A stretch of 64,000 bases of DNA from an uncultured Planctomycetota bacterium (lineage in GTDB: Bacteria > Planctomycetota > Planctomycetia > Gemmatales > Gemmataceae): NCBI GenBank assembly GCA_963849325.1, contig CAWKHF010000012.1:64001-128000 (forward strand), in the 5' to 3' direction. The translations under genes and the position numbers were made by a program. Shown in pieces: positions 1 to 9,455 of the stretch. How positions within the stretch are numbered: the first letter of the stretch is position 1; the number at the start of each line of letters is the position of its first letter. Below the pieces are notes generated by a model. It ran no database searches. It was not told the DNA's origin and worked only from the letters and a program-made list of their open reading frames with translations.

Positions 1-45
1 GAAGTCTCTGGATGAATTCGCCCTTTGACGACGACCGCGTTCTCC

Positions 46-2515
46 ATGAGCATTCTTCGCACTATTGAGCAGGTCCAGGCAGGCGATGTGGAGTTGGTCG
101 GCGGCAAAGGGCTGAGCCTCGGCTTGATGGCCGGTGCTGGCTTGCCTGTGCCGCCGGGCTTCTGCGTTACCACCGCCGCTTACCGCCGCCTTAGCGGGCG
201 GCCTCTCGACAGCGACGTCACCCTCCGGGAGCAAATCGGCGCCGCTTATCGGCAACTCGGTGGCGGGCCGGTTGCCGTGCGTTCGTCGGCCACCGCGGAG
301 GACGGGTCCGTCACCAGCTTCGCCGGCCAGCAGGAGACGATCCTCGGCGTGCGCGGCGAGGCGGACGTGTGCGCTGCCGTCGCGCGTTGCTGGGAGTCGC
401 TGCACAGCGAACGCGCCGTCGCCTACCGCCGTCATCAGGGCGTCGGCGACGACGGCCTGGCGATGGCCGTCGTCGTGCAGCGGCTCGTATCCGCCGAGGT
501 GCGCCGGCGTCCTCTTCACGCGCGATCCGCTCGACGCCGAGGGGCGACGCATGCTCGTCGAGGCGTCGTGGGGGCTGGGCGAAAGCGTCGTCTCCGGCCG
601 AGTCGACGCCGGATCGCTATCACCTCGACCGCGACACCGGCCGCGTCGTCGAGCAGCACATCGCCAACAAAAAGGTGCAGGTGACGCCGAACGGAACGTG
701 CGACGTGCCGGCCGACAAGCAGGGACAGCCGTGCCTCGACGCGGCGCGCCTGGCGGAGCTGGCCGAGCTGGGCCGGCGTGTCGAGGCGTTCTACGGCGAG
801 CCGCGCGACGTCGAATGGGCGTGGGCGGACGGCCGCTTCTGGCTGCTGCAAGCCCGGCCGATCACCACGGCGGACGCCGCCGAGCGCGAGCAGGTCCGGC
901 GTGAGGAGATGGCCGCACTGGCGGCGCGGGCCGAGCCGGGCGGCACGGTCTGGAGTCGCTTCAACATCCCCGAGGGCATGCCCGAACCGACGCCGATGAC
1001 GTGGGCGCTGGTGCGGCGTCTGCTGTCCGGTCGAGGCGGCTGCGGGTTGATGTACCGCGATCTGGGTTATGGACAGGGTGCCTCCGACGAGGATTCCGTC
1101 TACGACCTCGTGGCCGGCCGCGTCTACTGCAACCTCAGCCGCGAGGCCCGCCAGCACGCTGGCTGGCTGCCCTACGAATATCCCTTCGCCGCTCTCAAGG
1201 CCAATCCGTCGCAAGCGCTGACGCCGCGGCCGGTGCGCGATCCGTCGCACGCGGGGGCATTCTTCTGGCTGTTTCTGCCGGTACGCCTGCCATTCATCGT
1301 GGCCGGGACGGTGCGGCGCATGGCCCGGCTTGGCACGCTGAGCAACGTTTCGCCGCGCACTTTCGCCAGGAGATCGCGCCGGCGTTCGCCGCCGAAACGG
1401 CGCGGGCAGCAGCCGAGGACTGGAGCAAACTGGACGCCCCTGCCCTGCTGGAGCATCTGACGGACTGGAGCCGCCGCACGTTGGACGATTTCGCGCGCGA
1501 CAGTCTGAAGCCGACGGCGCTGGCGACCATCGCTCGCACCGGCCTGGAATCGTGGCTGCAACGCAAGCTCGGCGCGGAGCGAGCGCGGCGGCGCTGGGCG
1601 AGCTGAGCATGGGCGTGCGACCCGACCCGGAGGCCGACCTGCCAGGGGCCATCCGCGAGCTGATGGAAGGACGACTCGACCGAATGACGTTCCTGGATCG
1701 CTTCGGCCATCGCGGCAATCAGGACATGGAGCTGGCGCAGCCGCGCTGGAGCGAGGACCCCGCCGCGCTGGACCGTCTCGTTCGCCAGGCGCCGCAGGCG
1801 GCGAATCCCTCGGCGGATTCGGGCAACGCCTGGGCGAAAATCGTCGCCGAGGCCAAGTTGTCGGCGCTGGAGCGCACGGCCCTGGAGCCGCAGGTGCGGG
1901 CGCTGCAAACCTACCTGGGTCTGCGCGAGACGGCCAAGCACTACTTCATGCGCGGCTACGCCCTCCTCCGCCGGGCCCTGGTCGAACTGGACCAACGCCA
2001 TCGTCTCCAGGGCGGCATCTTCTACCTGACGCCGGAGGAGCTGCCGGAATTGATCGCGGGCCGGGACGTAACCAAAGTCATCGCTGAGCGCCGCCGCCGC
2101 CGCACGATTGCCCGGAGCCTGGAAGTGCCGCCGGTGATCTTCAGCGACGACCTGGAAGCAATCGGCCGGCCGCAGCCGACCGAGAGGCGCCGACGTATTG
2201 CAGGGCGTGCCGCTGTCGGCGGGCGTCGCCGAGGGGCCGGCGCTGGTGCTGGAAGAACCGCGGACGGAGGGCTTGCCCGCCGAACCGTACATTCTGGTTT
2301 GTCCCTCGACCGATCCGGCCTGGGTGCCGCTGTTCGTGCAGGCGCGCGGGCTGGTGATGGAGATGGGCGGCGTGCTGTCGCACGGGGCGATCGTGGCCCG
2401 CGAGTACGGTCTGCCAGCCGTGGCCGGACTGCCGGGCGTGCAACGGCGGTTGCGCACGGGCCAGCGGCTCCGCGTGGACGGCGGCTGCGGCGTCGTGACG
2501 ATCTTGCCTGGTTAG
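46..2515 (+). CDS. PEP-utilising phosphotransferase, PEP synthase / rifampicin-phosphotransferase-like architecture (frameshifted, ~820 aa)
   Basis: Stitched from ORFs 25..684, 369..1460, 1001..1606, 1552..2718 and 2198..2515. N-terminal ATP-grasp motifs VGGKGLSL, VAVRSSATAED, SFAGQQET, MAVVVQ and DVEWA...LLQARPIT. C-terminal His-swivel GGVLSHGAIVAREYGLPAV. Confidence 0.85.
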
Positions 2516-2667
2516 GGCTTGATGCCCTATGGTTCGGTGAGACGCAGATTGCCCCACGCTTCATTCCCTTCCAGAGCAAGCGTGGGACGCCAGAACGAAA
2601 TTCCGGTAAAAGACGGCACGAGTTGAGATTTTGCTTGACGGAGAGACATCGTGAGGTTGCAATCCGG

Positions 2668-2727
2668 CTTCGAGCGCGCGCCCTAAGCACCTGCTTAGGG
2701 TGCGCTCGAAGAACATAGTTCGACGGC
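2668..2727 (+). repeat. Hairpin followed by a GTTCGAC core; possible degenerate attC right part
   Basis: ttcgagcgc-gc-gccctaagca-cc-tgcttagggt-gcgctcgaa, then gttcgacggc at 2718-2727, just upstream of the low-GC gene. Confidence 0.4.
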
Positions 2728-2792
2728 TTGGCGATTGATGCGTCCTCGTCACCAACGAGGTGGGGACGTATGCGACCGGGGGATTACGAACG

Positions 2793-3743
2793 ATGACGAG
2801 CTTCCTTGAGCCGGTTTTTCTCAATGAAAAAATGGTACTCAATTGCGCTGCCTATTTGTGGAAAGGGGTCGCCCTGGAGACCGAGTTGACGGAGAAGACT
2901 GAACACAACAAGGGTGGGACAATAAGTTTCGGTATTCCCTTCTTAAAATCGTTGTTGAGTCCAATTACGATGGCGGGAGAACTCAAGAAAGGGAGCATGG
3001 AGGAAAACAAATACGCCCGGCGCTATACGGTTGGTGGCCTTCACATGGCTGTACTGGATGAGCTTCGTAGTAGGAAGATGATTGAGACAGTCAACCCGTC
3101 TGATTTACTTTCTTCCAATGCTTCGTACATAGATATACAAGCTGTGCTTCGCCCGATTGATTATTATGCACTCATTCGGACATTAAAAACCATATTACCC
3201 GTTGTAACTCAGATCATCCGAGATTTTGGAGACAAGTTTATCCCGCGTCAGCAAGGCGGCAACGATCCGTCTAAACACTCAAAACACTCTCAATCACCGA
3301 CGTTAAGTCTGGCCGAGCGGTACGAAACATCACTTACGACGCTGTTAGAGAGTCTTGAGAGTGATTATCTCACCTCAAAACAGCTCGAAATGGTGATGTG
3401 GAGCGGAGGTGCGCCAGATACTCCCTTGGGTGTCGTAGACTTGGATATGTCGGACGCCGATCCCGCAGAGGTTAAGGCAAAGCTCACAGGTGGAAACTTC
3501 CATATTATTGGTAAGATTGTAAACAAGCTAGGGAATTCGGAATCGATGAACCTGATGCAAAGGAGTGTTTTGTCCTCTGGTCTTGAAGTTATCAATAAGC
3601 TGATGACCTTGCCTGAACTCAAGGAGGCAGGCAACAACTGGGTAACTGCAATTGAGAAAGCGCGTCCTATGACCGAAAAGCTTATCTCCCCAACGATTCA
3701 GGGACCGCTTATCCGAGTCGCTGCGATGTCTGTCTGTATATAG
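2793..3743 (+). CDS. Hypothetical protein, low GC (~316 aa)
   Basis: Uninterrupted ORF 2760..3743 with ATG at 2793. Visibly more AT-rich than its flanks. No motif recognised. Confidence 0.8.
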   Translation: MTSFLEPVFLNEKMVLNCAAYLWKGVALETELTEKTEHNKGGTISFGIPFLKSLLSPITMAGELKKGSMEENKYARRYTVGGLHMAVLDELRSRKMIETVNPSDLLSSNASYIDIQAVLRPIDYYALIRTLKTILPVVTQIIRDFGDKFIPRQQGGNDPSKHSKHSQSPTLSLAERYETSLTTLLESLESDYLTSKQLEMVMWSGGAPDTPLGVVDLDMSDADPAEVKAKLTGGNFHIIGKIVNKLGNSESMNLMQRSVLSSGLEVINKLMTLPELKEAGNNWVTAIEKARPMTEKLISPTIQGPLIRVAAMSVCI

Positions 3744-3837
3744 TAAATTGAATAGTGGCATAGTTTCATTCATTCCTTAATGAGGAAGCCGCCGAACCCT
3801 CAAATGAAAAAAGGGGAAATCGTGGATAGATATTCGG

Positions 3838-3938
3838 GCCGAACAAAACGCTGCATCAGACCGGCCACGCGAATAAAGGTTTGTCGTGTTTCAACGTCTT
3901 CTCCCGCGTGAGCCGACTGCTAATCGATGTCGCTCGGC
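3838..3938 (+). mobile_element. attC-like recombination site (degenerate)
   Basis: Imperfect inverted repeat gccgaac-aaaac-gctgcatcagaccggccacgcg ... cgcgtgagccgactgctaatcgatgtc-gctcggc. Inverse core GCCGAAC at the left; right core GCTCGGC is one change from GTTCGGC. Confidence 0.55.
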
Positions 3939-3963
3939 AAGATCGCCCTCTCTGTCATAGCGC

Positions 3964-3990
3964 TTGACGTTATTACGGCGTCACATCACG
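3964..3990 (+). promoter_or_regulatory. Putative higBA promoter/operator
   Basis: TTGACG at 3964 overlapping the palindrome tgacg-N9-cgtca (3965-3983), directly upstream of higB. Confidence 0.4.
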
Positions 3991-4272
3991 ATGATCCGCA
4001 GCTTCCGCGACACCGAGACGGAGAGGCTTTTCAACCGCGAGCGGGGGAGCAAACTCGCGCGTCCTCTTCAACGAGCAGCCATGCGGAAGTTGCTGCTTTT
4101 GGATGCCGCCGAATCGTTGACCGATCTCCGGGTTCCGCCCGCCAACCGCTTGGAGAAGTTGGCAGGCGACCGTGAGGGACAGCACAGCATCCGCATCAAC
4201 GACCAGTATCGCCTCTGCTTCCGCTGGGAGGACGGTGAGGCATATGACGTGGAAATCGTCGATTACCACTGA
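3991..4272 (+). CDS. higB: HigB/RelE-family toxin (plasmid maintenance killer type)
   Basis: MIRSFRD...DLRVPPANRLEKLAGDREGQHSIRINDQYRLCFRW...VEIVDYH; toxin-first gene order. Confidence 0.95.
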   Translation: MIRSFRDTETERLFNRERGSKLARPLQRAAMRKLLLLDAAESLTDLRVPPANRLEKLAGDREGQHSIRINDQYRLCFRWEDGEAYDVEIVDYH

Positions 4273-4281
4273 GGGATTGCC

Positions 4282-4602
4282 ATGGCACGCCGCAAACTAC
4301 CGCCGATTCATCCCGGCGAAATCCTCTTGGAGGAGTTCCTGTCTCCCCACGGCGTCAGCCAATACCGGCTGGCGAAGGAGACGAGCGTGCCGGCGCGTCG
4401 AATCAACGAAATAGTCCGGGGGGAACGGTCGATCAGCGCGGACACGGCGTTGCGGTTGGCGCGGTACTTCGGTACGTCGGAGCGGTTCTGGCTAAACCTC
4501 CAGTCGCGTTATGACCTGGAGGTAGAGAAAGACCGGCTGGGTGATCGGCTCCGCAACGAAGTGAAGGTTCTCGGCAGTCGGGCACCGGCTCCTCCGACAT
4601 GA
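4282..4602 (+). CDS. higA: HigA antitoxin (HTH)
   Basis: PIHPGEILLEEFL...RRINEIVRGERSISADTALRLARYFGTSERFWLNLQSRYDL. Confidence 0.95.
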   Translation: MARRKLPPIHPGEILLEEFLSPHGVSQYRLAKETSVPARRINEIVRGERSISADTALRLARYFGTSERFWLNLQSRYDLEVEKDRLGDRLRNEVKVLGSRAPAPPT

Positions 4603-4651
4603 TCCTCGGGTACGCGAGCAGAACAAGCGACCCATCGTGGCCGCCTCGCCG

Positions 4652-4756
4652 TGCGGTCCCGGCGCGTGTCCTTTCCGTCCGGGCCGCTTCGATGATCCCT
4701 GCTCGATGTTCCACTTCTGGTCGCCGCACCCTGGCGGAGACAACTTCGCCTGCGAC
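4652..4756 (+). pseudogene. C-terminal remnant of a DUF1559 (prepilin-like H-X9-DG) gene
   Basis: Frame of ORF 4637..4855 reads CGPGACPFRPGRFDDPCSMFHFWSPHPGGDNFACD, resembling the FWSxHPGGxNFxxxDG end of planctomycete DUF1559 proteins. No N-terminal part is present. Confidence 0.6.
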
Positions 4757-4784
4757 ATATTCCGCCAACCCGCTGTTGTTGGCG

Positions 4785-5547
4785 TTAGTCTGCCGCGTCG
4801 GGGGAGGGACTGTCTCGCTGCCCTGAGGGACCGGCGGCGAGCAGCATTCGCGTGAACTTGTAGAACAATCGCTGCCCCGAGCGTGGGCTGGGCTGGGCCA
4901 GTACCAGCTGCGCCTCCAGTCCGCTGCCGTCGAGCAAGCGCAGCAGATAATCCGGGTTCACTTCCACGGCGGCGCGGTCGCCGGCCCAGCGCTCCACCAA
5001 CGGGGCCGCGAACAGGTCCGCGAAGATGACGCCGTCCTCCGCCAGCAGTCGCCGCGCCTCGCGCAGCAACAGCGCCGTCTCGTTCGGATAGGTGTGGGTA
5101 AACACGCTGAAAAACACGATGAACTGAAACGAGACGTTGTAGACCGGCAGCACGGTCATGCCGCTGGTGCGGAAGTTGAAGTTGTGGCGGCGGAAGCGCG
5201 AACGGCAGAAGGCGACCGCGTTCCGGGCTGATGTCGGTGCCGCAATAGAGTCCGCGATCGCTCAGGAAATCGAACAGCGCGGCGGTCAGTTGCCCGGTGC
5301 CGCAGCCAACGTCCAGGACCTTCGCGTCCGGGGTCAGTCCGAGGTTGACGAGCAGTTGCCGCTTCACGGCGCCGAGCTGTTCGTACTCTTCCTTCGTGGA
5401 CGGACCCACGATTGTCCAGTAATCGCGCTGCAAGTCCCAGGTGGAATACCAACGGCGATAATCGATGTCGCTGCGTCCGCCCGTCAGGCGGCGCAGGCCA
5501 CGAGCAGCCCGCGAAACGAAGCTCCGTATCGTATGTTTGGTTGTCAT
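4785..5547 (-). CDS. Class I SAM-dependent methyltransferase (frameshifted)
   Basis: Motif I KVLDVGCGTGQL in ORF 4492..5613; FQFIVFFSVFTH...LLREARRLLAEDG in ORF 4785..5159. Confidence 0.85.
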
Positions 5548-5609
5548 GGGTATCCTTCCCCTTTCGGGCGTCCTTGCCTGTTGGAACCGCTCCGAGTGAC
5601 GGAGCGCTG

Positions 5610-7073
5610 TCACTCAAATAAACTCGACCACTTCTTGCGCATGTCCTGGACGATCTCTTCCTGCTGCCGCAACGCCTCTCGGTCCTTGTCGGTTCGCTTG
5701 TCGCCCAGCCGCAGGACATGCTCGGCCACGACGAACCATTCAACTCCGGAAAGGACGTATTCACGGCTGAGTTGACGGGCTTCCTCGGCGTCGGGACTGC
5801 CGTAGGGGCCGGCGCGGCCCAGTTGCTCGGCCAGGGCGTTCAGCTCGCGCTGCTGCTCGGCCAGGACCGACAGAACGGCATCCACCTTGGCGGGGTCGCG
5901 GCGAGTCGGGTGCATTTCCAGTAACGGCTCGGCCTCGTCGGCGTAAACCGTTCGCGCCTTCCGCATGGACTCCAAAATGGGCCGACGAAAGCGGTCCACG
6001 AAGCGCCGGTCCTCGGCCTCTTGCCATTGCTTCTCGACCTCTTGCCAGTGCTTGTCGGTCAGACGGGCGCGCTCGATGGCGTACTGTCCGTACCAGCCCA
6101 GCGGGACGAAGCCGAGGAAGGCCAGCCAGCGCCAGCCGGGCGGCCCAAAGCGATGCAGGTGCAGCAGCAGGGCGGCCAGCGCCCCGGCGGCGGCGCCGCC
6201 GAAATGGCCCCAGCCGCTGACGTTCTCGAACGAGCTGATGAACACCAGCAGGACGAAATTGACGATCGTATTGTTCCGCGCCTGGCGCAGCAGGGCGCGA
6301 GGGAGATAGCGGCGGTTGAACAGGAACCACACGGCCTCGGCGGCGAGCAGGCCGCAGACGGCCCCCGAAGCGCCCGCGTTCAAGCCGACGTGGTGGACCA
6401 CCCCCAGACAGCTCCCACCCAGCAGGGCGACGAGGTAGATCACCAAGTAACGGACGTGCCCCCACATCTGCTCAATGAAACGGCCGGCCAGGAACAGGCA
6501 CGCCATGTTCATCAGCAAATGCATGCAGCCGACGTGGACGAAACCGGACGTCAGCAGGCGCCACCATTGCCCGTCGATTACGTGACGGGCCGACAGCGCG
6601 CCGCTTTTTTCGAGCAGCCGCGCCACCACGGCCGTTACCGGAATGCCGCGCAGAAAATCGTTGCCCGCCCCCAGCTGTCCGGCCGCATAATAGCCGGCGG
6701 CGAAGACGAGGACGTTGGCGACGACGAGGAGGACCGTGACACGCGGAGGCAGTCGGCCGCGCAGCGCCTGGCGGATGATGGCGCCACGGTCGCCGGGGGA
6801 CACCGGCTGCCCGGCCCGCAGACGTCGCAGCGCTTCCGGATCGAGCAGGACGCGCTCGCCGTCGCGCGTCAGCGACACGCCGGGTCCGGTTTCGGGAGTG
6901 CCGGGTACCTTGCGAAGAAGGCCATCCAGCGCCAGTTCCTCCAGGCAATGGCCCAGCGCTTGCGGGTCCACGCCGCCCTGCTTGGCGTACAGGCGCGGAT
7001 ACCACGGCTCGGGCGCGGCGGCGGCACACAGGCGCAGGATCGTCTCCAGGGGGTTCAGGACGTCCTCGCTCAT
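5610..7073 (-). CDS. Rhomboid intramembrane serine protease with N-terminal winged-helix-like domain and C-terminal helical extension
   Basis: GQWWRLLTSGFVH, HLLMNM, catalytic GASG and GHFGGA motifs; intact ORF; ATG at 7073. Confidence 0.9.
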   Translation of the reverse strand: MSEDVLNPLETILRLCAAAAPEPWYPRLYAKQGGVDPQALGHCLEELALDGLLRKVPGTPETGPGVSLTRDGERVLLDPEALRRLRAGQPVSPGDRGAIIRQALRGRLPPRVTVLLVVANVLVFAAGYYAAGQLGAGNDFLRGIPVTAVVARLLEKSGALSARHVIDGQWWRLLTSGFVHVGCMHLLMNMACLFLAGRFIEQMWGHVRYLVIYLVALLGGSCLGVVHHVGLNAGASGAVCGLLAAEAVWFLFNRRYLPRALLRQARNNTIVNFVLLVFISSFENVSGWGHFGGAAAGALAALLLHLHRFGPPGWRWLAFLGFVPLGWYGQYAIERARLTDKHWQEVEKQWQEAEDRRFVDRFRRPILESMRKARTVYADEAEPLLEMHPTRRDPAKVDAVLSVLAEQQRELNALAEQLGRAGPYGSPDAEEARQLSREYVLSGVEWFVVAEHVLRLGDKRTDKDREALRQQEEIVQDMRKKWSSLFE

Positions 7074-7273
7074 GGAACGCTGTCGGTCCTCCCGTTTCTC
7101 CACCGGATCGCACCTGGGGACCATTATCCGGAATGAGAGGGTTGAAGTCGATTGCAAGGCGGCGGCGATGTCCTTCCGTCGCCCTCCGCCATTGACCGAC
7201 GCGGGCAAGTCGGCCTGTACTTCCCCGCACGGATGAGATAAATTGCAAGGGTAAGAACTAGCGGAAAAAACCC

Positions 7274-7326
7274 GTCCGAGCCGGAAGCGTAAGCGAAGTC
7301 TCTTCGTTCACGCTTCCGGCTCGGAC
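7274..7326. repeat. REP-like palindrome, family B
   Basis: gtccgagccggaagcgtaagcgaag...cttcgttcacgcttccggctcggac; related copies at 27358, 31839 and 44149. Confidence 0.85.
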
Positions 7327-7467
7327 GAATTCGCCGCCGGAAGTACCCGCAAGAGTTCTCTCCCCGTGCCTGGATAACGGAAGCGATCGCGACCCTTTCC
7401 CCGGAGCACTTTCGTTCCGTCTCGATGCCATCCGGCCCGGCCCACCGCTCCCTGTTTGGAGGCGCTC

Positions 7468-9341
7468 ATGACCGCCGCTGTTCGTCCCTTCCTTTTCTCC
7501 TCTTTCGTCGTTCCCATGCTGGCCCTGGCCGGCGGGACGATCGCCAGCGCCGCCCCCAAGCCGGACAGCTACTGGCGCGTCGAGGACATCCGACCCGGCA
7601 TGAAGGGCGTCGGCCGGACCGTCATGAAGGGAACGAAGGTCGAGTCGTTCCAGGCCGAAGTGCTGGGCGTGCTCAAGAACACCAGCCCCGGCCGCGACAT
7701 GGTCCTCTGCCGGCTGTCGGGCCTGAACCTGGAAAAGACCGGCGTCATCGCCGGCATGAGCGGCAGTCCCGTCTACATCGACGACAAGCTGCTCGGCGCC
7801 GTCGCCTACGCCTGGCCCTACGGCAAGGAGCCGATCGCCGGCATCACGCCGTTCTGCCAGATGCACGGCTTCGTCGAGGCGTTCGAGCGCCGCGATCTGG
7901 CCGAGCCGGGCAAGCCGACGCGCGTCGGCTTGCGACAGCCGCTTGTCATCGACGGGAAGGAGTTCGATAGCGTCACCGTGTCGCAGGGTTTCGACGACGC
8001 CAGCGGCGGGACCACCGATGGCCTGTGGATGATGCCGCTGCGCACGCCGCTGTCGGCGACCGGCTTCACGCGGAACAGCTTGAAGTTGTTGCAGCGAGCG
8101 CTGCGGTCCATTCGGCATGGTGCCGATGCAGGGCGGCGCGGCGCCGGCCCGCATCGTCGCCGAGGAGAAGGACGCGCCGCTGGAGCCGGGCAGTCCGCTG
8201 GCTGTCTCGCTGATCCGCGGCGACTTCGATCTGTCCGGCATCGGCACCGTCACCCACGTCGAGGGCAACCGCGTCTACGGCTGGGGCCATCCGTTCATGG
8301 GCCTCGGCTCCTGCGAGTTTCCGCTGATGACCGGCTACATCACACCGTCTATCCGCGGCAGACGGTCAGCTTCAAGATGGGCTCGCCGCTCAAGTCGGTG
8401 GGCGTCATCAACGCCGACGTCAGCACCTGCATCGCCGGCTGGCTCGGCCGCAAGGCCGACATGCTGCCGGTGCGCATGACCGTGACGCTCGGCGCCGGAC
8501 GACACCGCCACGCACGTTCAACGTCGAGATCGCCCGCCAGCACACGCTGCTGCCGATGCTGGTGTTCACGGCCCTGTCGAACGCCGTGGACATGGAGGGC
8601 GAATTGCCCGAGGAGATGACGGCCGACCTGGAAGCCCGCATCGAGGTCGAGGGCACGCGCGCCGATCGTCATCAAGGACACGTTCTCCGGCCTCAGCGGC
8701 AGCCGGGCGCCGCAGGCGCTGTACAGCCAGGTCGGCGCCGTGGTCAACATGCTGACGCGCAACTCGTTTCAGCCGGTGCGCATCTGGCCCGCATCGACTG
8801 CCGGACGCGGGTGCGGCCCGGCCGGCGCACGGCCGACATCGAGTCGGTGGAGCTGGCCTCGGACACGTATGAGCCGGGCGAGACGCGTCAAGGCGACCGT
8901 GTTCCTGCGGCCGTACAAGGGCGTGCGCGCAGCGCGTGCCGGTGTCGCTGAAGCTGCCGGTCGATCTGCCCGAAGGGCCGTATGTCGCCACCGTCGGCGA
9001 CGACCTGCTCAACGCCCGCCTGATGCTGCACGACAACCCGACGCTGAGCAATCCGCACGAATCTCGAGCAGGTCTTCGAGGCCGTGCGCGTGCAAACGAG
9101 CGTGCGGCGCACCAACCTGGTGCTGCGTCTGCCGGTGCCAGACGCGGGCGTGGCCCTGAGCGGCAAGTCGCTGCCGCATCTGCCGCCGAGCATGGTGCAG
9201 ATCCTCGGCAACGGCCGTCGCACCGGCGCCCAGACCATGAGCACCGCCCTGGTGGCGCGCCAGCCGACCGACTGGGTGATCCAGGGCACCGAAGCCGTGC
9301 GCTTCCACGTCGTCCGGCACAAGAAGACTAATGACGAGTGA
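7468..9341 (+). CDS. SpoIVB peptidase S55 domain protein, exported (frameshifted)
   Basis: Signal peptide; IRPGMKGVGRTV, GVIAGMSGSPVYID, GTVTHVEGNRVYGWGHPF. Stitched from 7456..8619, 8117..8479, 8556..8951, 8936..9331 and 9084..9341. Confidence 0.85.
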
Positions 9342-9368
9342 CGGCGAATCCAAGAAGGGATCCGAGGC

Positions 9369-9441
9369 GTAGGGTGGGTCTCGTTCCACTGGACCCACCG
9401 CACGCCCGCCGGTGGGTCTCGTTCCACTCGACCCACCCTAC
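9369..9441. repeat. GTAG-type REP doublet
   Basis: gtagggtgggtc...gacccacc ... ggtgggtc...gacccaccctac; two hairpins with terminal GTAG/CTAC. Confidence 0.8.
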
Positions 9442-9455
9442 TCAGAGGAGAATTC

